The position numbers and the translations under genes are program-made. From contig CM069131.1 in assembly GCA_035221665.1 (NCBI GenBank), positions 90,458,001-90,522,000 on the forward strand: a DNA stretch of 64,000 nucleotides, read 5' to 3'. A model generated the notes under the pieces. That model was not told the DNA's origin, did not search any database, and saw nothing but the letters and a program-made list of their open reading frames with translations. Within the stretch, counting starts at the first letter, position 1. Each line of letters starts with the position of its first letter. This document shows positions 28,101 to 38,149 of the stretch, one piece after another. This DNA is from Okamejei kenojei. Taxonomy: Eukaryota.

Positions 28101-28938
28101 ACATCCAATTTGGGGCTTCAAATATGGTCTTAATTGTTCTGAAATAAGTAATACTTGACAACTGTAGAGGAAGGACTGAATAATAACATTAATGGTCATG
28201 TTTTGCTGTTCAATACATGAATGGCTATCTGAAGTAAGAATGTAAATGTACATAATTATTAATAGTTCTAATGAAAACAAAATTATTTAGTCAATATTCA
28301 ATTATAATTTTTTTATTTTGAAAAATAGACTTTAAATGTATACTAAAAGTTGTTTTTTATTTTTATAGATTGCTTTGTGTCATTTCTTTTTTAATGTCTC
28401 TGGGATCCTCATTTGGTACCCTCTGCCATTCATGCGCCTGCCCATTCGTCTAGCCAAAGGCTTGGGCACTTATACGTCCAGATATAGGTGGTTTGCTGTT
28501 ATCTACTTGATTTCGTGTTTCCTGCTGTTCCCTCTAATTATATTTGGGCTGTCTGTTGCTGGTTGGCAGGTTCTGACTGGAGTAGGTGTTCCTATTTTGG
28601 TTCTTATAATCCTTATTATTGTTACCAATGTTATGCAAACAAAATGTCCAAGGTACTTGCCGAAAGTTTTGCAAACATGGAATTTCCTTCCAATTTGGTT
28701 TCATTCTTTAAGACCATGGGACAAAGTGGTACAGCGTGCTACAATATGTTGTTCCAATCGGTGTTTTCGTAAGTGTGGTTGCTGCAAGAAGAATGATGAA
28801 AATGTTGAAAATGATGAAAAGCAGGCCAGATCTTTGGAGGTTTATGATAATCCAGTAATTTTAGAGAATGAGAAAAAAGATATCAAGACATTCCCAGCTA
28901 GTGAAAGTGAAACAAGAGTTAATTCAACAGCTATGTAG
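13086..28938 (+). CDS. slc34a2: Sodium-dependent phosphate transport protein 2B (NaPi-IIb), 12 coding exons, 663 aa
   Basis: join(13086-13170,14367-14495,14602-14730,15385-15528,15684-15795,18214-18409,21596-21691,23803-23923,24343-24510,25512-25628,25740-25864,28369-28938) = 1992 nt with consistent phases. Two QSSS repeats, [25 protein letters not shown]-terminal Cys cluster, PDZ-like STAM end; sel1l3 neighbour supports the a2 paralog. Confidence 0.95.
13205..14290 (-). mobile_element. Decayed Penelope-like element (GIY-YIG end plus pLTR) in a slc34a2 intron
   Basis: ORF 13588-13863 contains [24 protein letters not shown], a typical PLE endonuclease C-terminus. Confidence 0.7.
14367..14495 (+). 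CDS. slc34a2: slc34a2 coding exon 2 (...[17 protein letters not shown])
   Basis: ttctag acceptor, gtatct donor, conserved DPW.LP.L...G.KWS. Confidence 0.92.
14602..14730 (+). CDS. slc34a2: slc34a2 coding exon 3 (...[19 protein letters not shown])
   Basis: gacag acceptor, gtgaga donor, conserved TM1. Confidence 0.95.
14820..15190 (+). mobile_element. CR1 3' end
   Basis: [10 protein letters not shown]...FFTQRVV..WNSLP and (ttctatgt) tail. Confidence 0.9.
15385..15528 (+). CDS. slc34a2: slc34a2 coding exon 4 (KAAGDIF...[15 protein letters not shown])
   Basis: Signature QSSS repeat 1; canonical splice sites. Confidence 0.97.
15684..15795 (+). CDS. slc34a2: slc34a2 coding exon 5 ([17 protein letters not shown])
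   Basis: Conserved motif; canonical splice sites. Confidence 0.97.
15850..16470 (-). mobile_element. CR1 3' fragment
   Basis: Reverse-complement CR1 ORF2 end and tail (acatagaa)n. Confidence 0.9.
17255..18010 (-). mobile_element. Penelope-like RT/endonuclease fragment
   Basis: Reverse strand is homologous to the Penelope at 31958-32452 (RLRRIC, TDSH.YLDY.SSHP motifs). Confidence 0.75.
18214..18409 (+). CDS. slc34a2: slc34a2 coding exon 6 ([17 protein letters not shown]...LTKLIVQ)
   Basis: cctag acceptor, gtaagc donor, conserved motif. Confidence 0.97.
21596..21691 (+). CDS. slc34a2: slc34a2 coding exon 7 ([12 protein letters not shown]...CKTTIEM), GC donor
   Basis: tttcag acceptor; 96 nt ending ATG|GCAAGT; phase 0 matches the next exon. 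Confidence 0.88.
22380..22590 (-). mobile_element. CR1 3' end
   Basis: (aatagac)n tail and CR1 3' UTR on the reverse strand. Confidence 0.85.
23803..23923 (+). CDS. slc34a2: slc34a2 coding exon 8 (glycosylated extracellular loop, VEKNVTVP...NCTSPEFCW...)
   Basis: cgtag acceptor, gtaagt donor; Cys pair and N-glycosylation sequons. Confidence 0.93.
24343..24510 (+). CDS. slc34a2: slc34a2 coding exon 9 (CHHLFVN...IKKIINT)
   Basis: Conserved TM segment; canonical splice sites. Confidence 0.96.
25512..25628 (+). CDS. slc34a2: slc34a2 coding exon 10 (DFKYPFGW...[15 protein letters not shown])
   Basis: Second QSSS repeat; canonical splice sites. Confidence 0.97.
25740..25864 (+). CDS. slc34a2: slc34a2 coding exon 11 ([23 protein letters not shown])
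   Basis: Conserved motif; canonical splice sites. Confidence 0.97.
26335..26800 (+). mobile_element. Older CR1 3' fragment
   Basis: Degenerate ORF2 end; tail tatgactatgactctatga. Confidence 0.8.
27222..27932 (-). mobile_element. CR1 3' fragment
   Basis: ORFs 27304-27627 and 27593-27955 ([21 protein letters not shown]); (aaccatat) tail. Confidence 0.9.
28369..28938 (+). CDS. slc34a2: slc34a2 last coding exon (IALCHFFFN...VNSTAM*)
   Basis: tatag acceptor; YRWFAV, SLRPWD, Cys cluster; stop TAG at 28936-28938. Confidence 0.97.
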   Translation: MALCHFFFNVSGILIWYPLPFMRLPIRLAKGLGTYTSRYRWFAVIYLISCFLLFPLIIFGLSVAGWQVLTGVGVPILVLIILIIVTNVMQTKCPRYLPKVLQTWNFLPIWFHSLRPWDKVVQRATICCSNRCFRKCGCCKKNDENVENDEKQARSLEVYDNPVILENEKKDIKTFPASESETRVNSTAM

Positions 28939-29146
28939 CATTTCAACCACAGAATTGCTTAAACATGCCTTTGTAAATTGGTGCAGTATTTTGTAAGGGT
29001 TAACCTATATGCGTTACTATCACTTATGGTATCCTGAATGGTTAGTGCCATTAACAAATTTTGTGCTAGAAGTGATTCCTTCACCGATGTATACTGTTTT
29101 GTATTCAATTGTTGCTCTTAAGTGCACACCTTCATTATAGTGTATA

Positions 29147-29157
29147 TTAGACCAACT

Positions 29158-29191
<34 letters not shown>

Positions 29192-29756
29192 TCAGCGTTC
29201 ACCCTGGGGGGGTGCGAAGGGGTGGGGGTGTGCGGGGGCGAGGGGAATGGGTTGGGGGTTTGGGGGGGTGGGTGCGATGAGAGTTCCCCCCCCCCCCCGA
29301 TCAGCCCTCCCCACTCCCTACCTTATGCCCAAACACCAGGATCGTGGGACCAAAATGCAACCAGACCTTGATGAGCAGCCCCTTCAGATATTGGTACAGG
29401 GGCAGCAACCTCGTTACCGTTGGCAATGTCCCATTGTGATGTCATCATGGCAGTCGGCAGCCAGCTTGAGAGCCCATTGTGGTTGGTGCACTGTGAGAAG
29501 CATTGTGACCATCACTGTGAGAAGGCTGGAAACTGCGAGAAGGGGGTTTTGGCTGTTTTTAAAGTTTCAACGATGAATAACTTCGGAAATATAGGTGGAA
29601 ATGTGACAGGAAGATGTTTATCGCCACCAGGGGAAAAATGTGAGTAGGATGTGTGAAAATGGGAAGGCTGTGGCCTATCGTTTGGAAGAAGATAGGAATT
29701 AACCAGATTGGCCCACACACACACAAACAAGACAAAGACTTTTAGTTATATAGAGA
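29147..29756 (-). mobile_element. Probable non-autonomous Helitron just 3' of the slc34a2 stop codon
   Basis: Minus strand begins A|TCTCTATATAACTAAAAG and ends GGTCTAA|T (CTRR); no TSD; 3' terminus resembles those at 605 and 62240; poly-G tract inside. Confidence 0.6.
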
Positions 29757-32489
29757 TGAACAAAGAGGTGCTACAATACAAATTCAATGTGAAGCTATGA
29801 AAAAGACACATCTTTATCCCAGGTGTTATTTGTAAAATGTTGACTGGAGTCATTTTATTTAGTGCTTCCTTGCTGGTTTCTATTTAGTGGGGGATTCATC
29901 ATTTAATGGTGCCAGAAAATTCTCTCCCACTGGTAGAAAAATAATTTCAAACTAAATTTATTTGGTAAACGTCAGCAGCTGTGCCCCATGTTGACACATT
30001 TAGTTTCGTTGGCTGCAGTGGATGCAAATGTGTAGAGGTTGAGTACAACTTGAGACAGATACTTTTGCACGTCAGCGACCAAAGGTGGATTTCTGCCCCT
30101 CAGATTCATCCAGTCACAAGCTTGGGGTTCCAACAATAAATCAATGAAGGTCAAGTTCCAAGTATTCAAGGGTAAATTAGTTCTGCTGGATGGTACTGGA
30201 ATAATAACTCTTGCTTGCAGAGGTCACAATGAACTGTTTTATTCACTTCCAAGTTTTCACAACCTGAATTATAAAAACAATCAGAAACTATTGTAACCAG
30301 TCTGAAACTATTCCATCACTTTTCCAACCAGTGATTTCACTTTTAGAGATTGAACATATTATGACGACTGCAGAGTTGCATTAATACCTCTCATATGCTA
30401 CTTTCACAATGTTTGAAAACAGTGACGAGAAAGGGGCATTCAAACAAGGCAGCATAGACCTCATAGTCCTGGCTGAATTTCAGGGTTTTATTGGCCAGAG
30501 GCCGATCAATGCCGCTATGAGAACGTAAGGATTTCTTAACGAAGTTATACAGAACTGTGGAATAATCTGTGGGTAAAACCACAACTGACGGGGTGATTCC
30601 TCTCTGATGGCAGCTCAGCTCAGAGAGAACCGCAAAAGTTATGACAGCCTTGGAGAAAGTGGTTAATTTTGTTTATGGAAGCAGAAATGGAAATGAGGAT
30701 TCTATGGTGAAATAATGTACTTTATAAAATTGTATAATGACAAACTAAATGGACTCCCCTAAATTGTAAATTTGTCAGGAGACAGTGAAGAGATATATTA
30801 AATATTTTATTGTTTTTATAGAATATATAATGTATGTGTTGAATGACTAGTTGCCTAACAACGCACTAACTTATCGATTTGAATAATGGACATCTGTGTA
30901 TATTTTGTTACTTATTTTTCTATTGTACTGTAGATTTTAAACAACATTTAATGTGTGATTTGAAATATATATATTGCAAGTACGTTTCTGAAAAAAAATG
31001 TTGCTGTGATTTAATTTACTAACCTGCTTTCATTCATGGGAATGCCACCATTTCTCTGTGTAAGTGCCGGTATATTTCCTTGAGGCTATTGGCTGTGCTG
31101 TGCCAGTTGACTGTAGAGATGGTCTTCCTCAGGTTCCCCACATATACACTGCGTAATTACCCTTCACTGATGGGGATTTGAATGGGGATTGCAGGGCTAT
31201 GGGGAAGAATAAGAAGTGTAAGTTATGCTACTTTTATAAATTATTTGTGGTAGGTTTAAGAAAAATTATAATTTTGAAAATGTTGATCTTTTTTATTTTT
31301 AAATAATTAATAGCATAGCATTTTTAATTCTATATTTCACTTTTAAGCTTTCAATTGTTTCTGAATGGCAGTCCTTAGGCACAGTTTCCTGAGAGCATAT
31401 TAATTAAAACATTGAAATGTTCCTTAATTCAACACCACCTAATAATTTCCTTGCACACAAAAGATCCAGTTTAATATTTAGATCCTTCTCAAGGGTGAGG
31501 GCTTGCTGGCTCTCATAGACTCCCAGAAGAGATTTGTGGATATGACTGTTATTTAAGACCACCTATATGATCCAAGATAAGTTAGCTGAAGTAACTTCAG
31601 GCAAGTGGTGATTTCAGGCCTTACACTTCTTTGCATGACTTCAGGAGATTTGTACAATTAACCAGGCTCACTTCAATGTAAGGTGCTAACACATTCATTT
31701 TGAAAAGTTTTGAATTCTAGTAAAAAAAATAATTGTTCATTATTTACTTGTCTATACAGATGCCCCAGTGATACATTGTGACTGATTGGCATCCTTGTAA
31801 TTTGCATGAGTATTTGGATATGCAGCAGTCAAGCTGAAATAGGCAAACTTTCGAGCTGAAATCCTTCTTCAGTCTAAAGAAGGGTTTCGGCCCAAAACAT
31901 TGCCAATTTCCTTCACTCCATAGATGCTGCCTCACCTGCTGAGTTTCACCAGCATTTTTGTCTGCCATGGGCACTAACATGGGCCCAAGCTATGCCTGCC
32001 TTTTTGTCGGTTACATCGAACAGTCCTTTTTCCAGGCTGGCCTTATCCCCCAACTCTATCTCCACTACATAAATGCCTGCATCGGAGCTACCTCCTGCAC
32101 CCCTGTAGAACTCATGAATTTTAACTTCACCACTAACTTCCACCCTTCCCCTAAATTCACCTGGACTATCTTGTTCACCTCTTTCCCCTTTATTGCTATC
32201 TCTGTCTTCATCACAGGAGACGTGTATTACAGACCTACAGACTCCCACAGTTATCAGGACTTCTGTCTTCCCACCCTGCCTCTTGTAAAGATGCCATTCC
32301 CTGCTCTCAATTCCTCCGTCTCCGCCGTATCTGCTCCCAAGATAAGGTGTTCCATACTTGGGCATCCGAGATTTCCTCATTCATCAGGGAATGTGGGTTC
32401 CCCCTTCTGTCATAGATGGGGCTCTCACACATGTCACCTCTGTGTCCCATAGTTCTGCTCTCGCTCCCCCTTCCCATCAAACACAACAA

Positions 32490-34628
32490 TAATATAAACA
32501 AAGAATATAAAGCAGGATAGTAAAAGCTTCTTTAGGTATGTGAAGAGGAAAAAATTAGTTGAAGACCGAAAAAGATGAATTTATTATGGGGAACAAGGAA
32601 ATGGCAGATGAGTTGAACAGTTACTTTGGATTTGTCTTCACTAAGGAGGACACAAATAATCTTCCTGATATAGTAGTGGCCAGAGGATAGAAACAAGGTG
32701 CAGGAGTAGGCCATTCGGCCCTTCGAGCCTGCACCGCCATTCAATATGATCATGGCTGATCATCCAACTCAGGTATCCTGTACCTGCCTTCTCTCCATAC
32801 CCCCTGATCCCTTTAGCCACAAGGGCCACATCTAACTCCCTCTTAAATATAGCCAATGAACTGGCCTCAACTACCTTCTGTGGCAGAGAATTCCACAGAC
32901 TCGCCACTCTCTGTGTGAAAAAAGATCTTCTCATCTCGGTCCTAAAAGACTTCCCCCTTATCCTTAAACTGTGACCCCTTGTTCTGGAGTTCCCCGCCAT
33001 CGGGATCTGGGGTGACAGAGGAATTGAAGGAAATCCACATTAGGCAGGAAATGGTGTTGGATAGACTGATGGGACTGAAGGCTGATAATTCCCCAGGGCC
33101 TGATGGTCTGCATCCCAGGGTACTTAAGGAAGTGGCTCTGGAAATCGTGGATGCATTGGTGATATTTTTCCAATGTTCTATAGACTCAGGACTCAGGTAG
33201 CTAATGTTATCCCACTTTTTAAGAAAGACGGGAGAAAGAAAACGGGGAATTATAGACCAGTTAGCCTGACATCGGTGGTGGGGAAGATGTTGGAGTCAAT
33301 TTATAAAAGATGAGATAGCCGCATATTTGGATAGCAGTAAGAGGATTGATCCGAGTCTGCATGGATTTATGAAGGGGAAATCACGCTTGAATAATCTTCT
33401 GGATTTTTTTGAAGATGTAACTAGGAAAATGGACAAGGGAGAGCCAGTGGATGTAGTGTTTCAGAAAGCATTTGATAAGGTCCCACATAGGAGATTAGTG
33501 GGCAAAATTAGGGCACATGGTATTGGGGGTAGAGTGCTGTCATAGATAGAGAAGTGGTTGGCAGACAGCAAACAAAGAGTAGGGTATAACGGTTCACTTT
33601 CAGAATGGCAGGCAGTGACTAGTGGGGTACCGTAAGGCTCGGTGCTGGGACCGCAGCTATTTACAATATACATCAATGATTTTGGATGAAGGGATTCAAA
33701 GTAACATTAGCAAATTTGCAGATGACACAAAGCTGGATGGCAGTGTGAACTGTGAGGAGGATGCTATGAGAATGCAGGGTGACTTGGACAGGCTGGGGGA
33801 GTGGGCAGATGCACGGCAGATGAGGTTTAATGCGGATAAATGTGAGGTTATCCACTTTGGTAGCAAAAACAGGAGGGCAGATTACTATCTAAATGGCGTT
33901 AAGTTGGGAAAAGGGGAAGTTCAAAAGGATCTGGGGGTCCTTGTACATCAGTCTATGAAAGTAAGCATGTCGGTACAGCAGGCAGTGAAGAAAGCGAATG
34001 GCATGTTGGCCTTTATAACAAGAGGAATTGAATATAGGAGCAAAGAGGTCCTTCTGCAGTTGTACAGAGCCCTAGTGAGACCACACCTGGAGTATTGTGT
34101 GCAGTTTTGGTCCCCTAATTTGAGGAAGGACATTCTTGCTATTGAGGGAGTGCAGCATAGGTTTGCAAGGTTAATTCCCGGGATAGCGGGACTGGCATAT
34201 GCTGAGAGAATGGAGCTGCTGGGCTTGTACACTCTGGAGTTTAGAAGGATGAGAGGGAATCTCATTGAAACATATAAGTTTGTTAGGGGCATGTACACAC
34301 TAGAGGCGGGAAACATGTTCCCGATGTTGAGTCCAGAACCAGGGGCCACACTTTAAAAATAAGGAGTAAGCCATTTAGAACGGAGACGAGGAAAAACTTT
34401 TCTCACAGAGAGTGGTGTGTTTGTGGAATTCTCTGCCTCAGAGGGCGGTGGTGAAAGGTTCTCTGGATGCTTTCAAGAGAGATCTAGATAGGGCTCTTAA
34501 AAATAGAGGAGCGAGGGGATATGGGGAGAAGGACGGAACGGGGTACTGATTTGGGATGATCACATCGAATGGCAGCGCTGGCTCGAAGGGCCAAATGGCC
34601 TACTCCTGCACCTATTGTCTATTGTCTA
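32490..34628 (+). mobile_element. CR1 LINE, 5'-truncated, with a nested inverted CR1 3' end (32688-33000, - strand)
   Basis: RT motifs across ORFs 32979-34356; tail ctattgtctattgtcta; host sequence resumes gggatctgggg at 33001. Confidence 0.92.
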
Positions 34629-34687
34629 GCAAGAACAAAGTTCCCCTGGTCCTCACCTTTCACCCACAAGCCTCCGCATCCAACACA

Positions 34688-37600
34688 TGGTGCAAGGGGG
34701 AGGGATTCAAATTTTTAGAGCACTGGAACCATTTCTGCACCTGGGCAGGAATGGAACCAATGTCCTTGGGGGAGTATTTGCTAGTGCTGTCGGGGAGGAT
34801 TTAAACTAATGTGGCAGGGGGGGGGTGGGTACAAGAGCAGAGAGGCAGGTGGGTGTAAAATGAGGGTAGAAGCAATAGGGAGCAAGGTGAAAAATAAAAG
34901 TGGCAGGCAGACAAAACGAGGGCAAAAATCAAAAAGGGCCACTTTTCAACATAATTGGATAAGGGATAAGAGCGTTGTAAAAACTAGCCTGAAGGCTTTG
35001 TGTCTCAATGCAAGGAGTATTTGTAATTAGGTGGATGAGTTGAATGTGCAGATAGCTATTAATGATTATGATATAGTTGGGATCACGGAGACATGGCTCC
35101 AGGGTGACCAAGGCTGGGAGCTGAACATCCAAGGATATTCAATATTCAAGAGGGATAGAGAGAAAGGAAAAGGAGGTGGGGTAGCATTGCTGGTTAGAGA
35201 GGAGATTAACGCAATGGAAAGGAAGGACATTAGCTTGGAGGATGTGGAATCGGTATGGGTAGAGCTGCAAAACACTAAGGGTCAGAAAACTCTGGTGGGT
35301 GTTGTGTACAGGCCACCTAACAGCAGTAGTGAAGTTGGGGATGGTGTCAAACATGAAATTAGAAATGCGTGCGACAAAGGCAAAACGGTTATAATGGGTG
35401 ACTTCAATCTACATATAGATTGGGTGAATCAAATTGCCAGGGGTGCTGAGGAAGAGGATTTTTTGGAATGTATGCGGGATCGTTATCTAAATCAACATGT
35501 AGAGGAACCAACGAGAGAGCAGGCTATTTTAGACTGGGTATTGAATAATGAGGAAGGGTTAGTTAGCAGTCTTGTTGTACGTGCCCCCTTGGGCAAGAGA
35601 GACCATAATATGGTCGAGTTCTTCATTAGGATGGAGAGTGACATTGTTAATTCAGAAAAAATGGTTCTGAACTTAAAGAAAGGTAACTTTGAGGGTATGA
35701 GATGTGAATTGGCCAAGATTGACTGGCAATTAATTCTAAAAGGGTTGACGGTGGATATGCAATGGAAGATATTTAAAAACTGCATGGATGAACTACAAAA
35801 ATTGTTCATCCCAGTTTTGCAAAAGAATAAATCATGGAAGGTAGTGCATCCGTGGATATCAAGGGAAATCAGGGATAGTATCAAAGCAAAGGATGCGTAC
35901 AAAGTGGCAAGAAAAAGCAGCATACCAGAGGACTGGGAGAAATTCAGAGGCCAGCAGAGGAGGACAAAGGGCTTAATTAGGAAAAGAAAAATGGATTATG
36001 AAAGAAAGCTGGCAGGGAACATAAAAACTGACTGCAAAAGTTTTTATAGATATGTCTAGAGAAAGAGATAAGTTAAAACAAATGTAGGTCCCTTGCAGTC
36101 ATAAACTGGTGAGTTGATCATGGGGAACAAGAATATGGCGGACCAATTGAATAACTACTTTGGTTCCGTCTTCACTAAGGAAGACATAAATAATCTGCCG
36201 GAAATAGCAGGGGACCGCGGGTCAAATGAGATGGAGGACTGAGTGAAATCCAGGTTAGCCAGGAAGTGGTGTGGGTAAATTGAATAGATTAAAGGCCGAT
36301 AAATCCCCAGGGCCAGATAGGCTGCATCCCAGAGTACTTAAGGAAGTAGCTCCGGAAATAGTGGATGCATTAGTGATAATCTTTCAAAACTCTTTAGATT
36401 CTGGAGTAGTTCCTGAGGATTGGCGGGAAGCAAACGTAAACCCCTCTTTTTAAGAAGGGAGGGAGAGAAAACGGGGAATTACAGACCAGTTAGTCTAACA
36501 TCGGTAGTGGGTAAACTGCTAGAGTCAGTTATTAAAGATGGGATAGCAGCACATTTGGAAAGTGGTGAAATCATTGGACAAAGTCAGCATGGATTTACGA
36601 AAGGTAAATCATGTCTGACGAATCTTGTGGAATTTTCCGAGGATGTAACTAGTAGCGTGGATAGGGGAGAACCAGTGGATGTGGTGTATCTGGATTTCCA
36701 GAAGGCTTTCGACAAGGTCCCACATAAGATATTAGTATACAAACTTAAAGCATACGGCATTGGGGATTCAGTATTGATGTGGATAGAGAACTGGCTGGCA
36801 AACAGGAAGCAAAGAGTAGGAGTAAACGGGTCCTTTTCACAATGGCAGGCAGTGACTAGTGGGGTACCGCAAGGCTCAGTGCTGGGACCCCAGCTATTTA
36901 CAATATATATTAATGATCTGGATGAGGGAATTGAAGGCAATATCTCCAAGTTTGCGGATGACACTAAGCTGGGGGGCAGTGTTAGCTGTGAGGAGGATGC
37001 TAGGAGACTGCAAGGTGAGTTGGATAGGCTGGGTGAGTGGGCAAATGTTTGGCAGATGCAGTATAATGTGGATAAATGTGAGGTTATCCACTTTGGTGGC
37101 AAAAACAGGAAAGCAGACTATTATCTAAATGGTGGCCGATTAGCAAAAGGGGAGATGCAGCGAGACCTGGGTGTCATGTTACACCAGTCATTGAAAGTAG
37201 GCATGCAGGTGCAGCAGGCAGTGAAGAAAGCGAATGGTATGTTAGCTTTCATAGCAAAAGGATTTGAGTATAGGAGCAGGGAGGTTCTACTTCAGTTGTA
37301 TAGGGTCTTGGTGAGACCACATCTGGAGTATTGCGTACAGTTCTGGTGTCCAAATCTGAGGAAGGACATTATTGCCATAGAGGGAGTGCAGAGAAGGTTC
37401 ACCAGACTGATTCCTGGGATGTCAGGACTGTCTTATGAAGAAAGACTGGATAGTCGGTTTATACTCTCTAGAATATAAGAGATTGAGAGGGGATCTTATA
37501 GAAACTTACAAAATTCCTAATGGGTTGGACAGGCTAGATGCAGGAAGATTGTTCCTAATGTTGGGGAAGTCCAGGACAAGGGGACACAGCTTAAGGATAA

Positions 37601-37874
37601 GGGAGAAATCCTTTAAGACCGAGATGAGAAAGACTTTTTTCACACAGAGAGTGGTGAGTCTCTGGAACTCTCTGCCACAGAGGATAGTTGAGGCCAGTTC
37701 ATTGGCTATATTTAAGAGTGAGTTAGATGTGGCCCTTGTGGCTAAGGGGATCAGGGGGTATGGAGAGGCAGGTACGGGATACTGAGTTGGATGATCAGCC
37801 ATGATCATATTGAATGGTGGTGCAGGCTCGAAGGGCCGAATGGCCTACTCCTGCACCTATTTTCTATGTTTCTA
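34688..37874 (+). mobile_element. Near-complete CR1 LINE: ORF1 esterase tail, APE endonuclease and RT (disrupted)
   Basis: WCKGEGFKFLEHW (ORF1 end); ITETWL, GGGVALLV, VVYRPP, MGDFN (endonuclease, 35031-36059); RT 36420-37478 with SGVPQGSVLGP and FADDTK; several stops and frameshifts. Confidence 0.95.
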
Positions 37875-38149
37875 TTATCCTCCAACATTTCTGTCACTTC
37901 CTATGGGATCCCACCACTAATCACATCTTCTCATCCCCACCCCTTATTGCCTTCCACAGAGACCTCTCCCTCCGCAACTCCTTGGCTCACTCATCCATTT
38001 CCACCCAAACCCCTGCCTGCTCATGCACTTTCCCCAGCACTCAGTATTACTCTGTTCCATTCTAACCAGAATTTTTGAAACAATTTTTTAGGAGCCATTT
38101 TCAGTCATTTCCACAAGTGAAAAATTGACAGTGATAGTATATGCTTATT

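Larger units (their letters stand above)
31845..38035 (+). mobile_element. Penelope-like retroelement split by nested CR1 insertions (pieces 31845-32487, 34629-34687, 37875-38035)
   Basis: RT motifs MGTNMGPSYACLFVGY and YYRPTDSHSY; sequence continues as VPLVLTFHP at 34629 and again after 37875. Confidence 0.8.
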
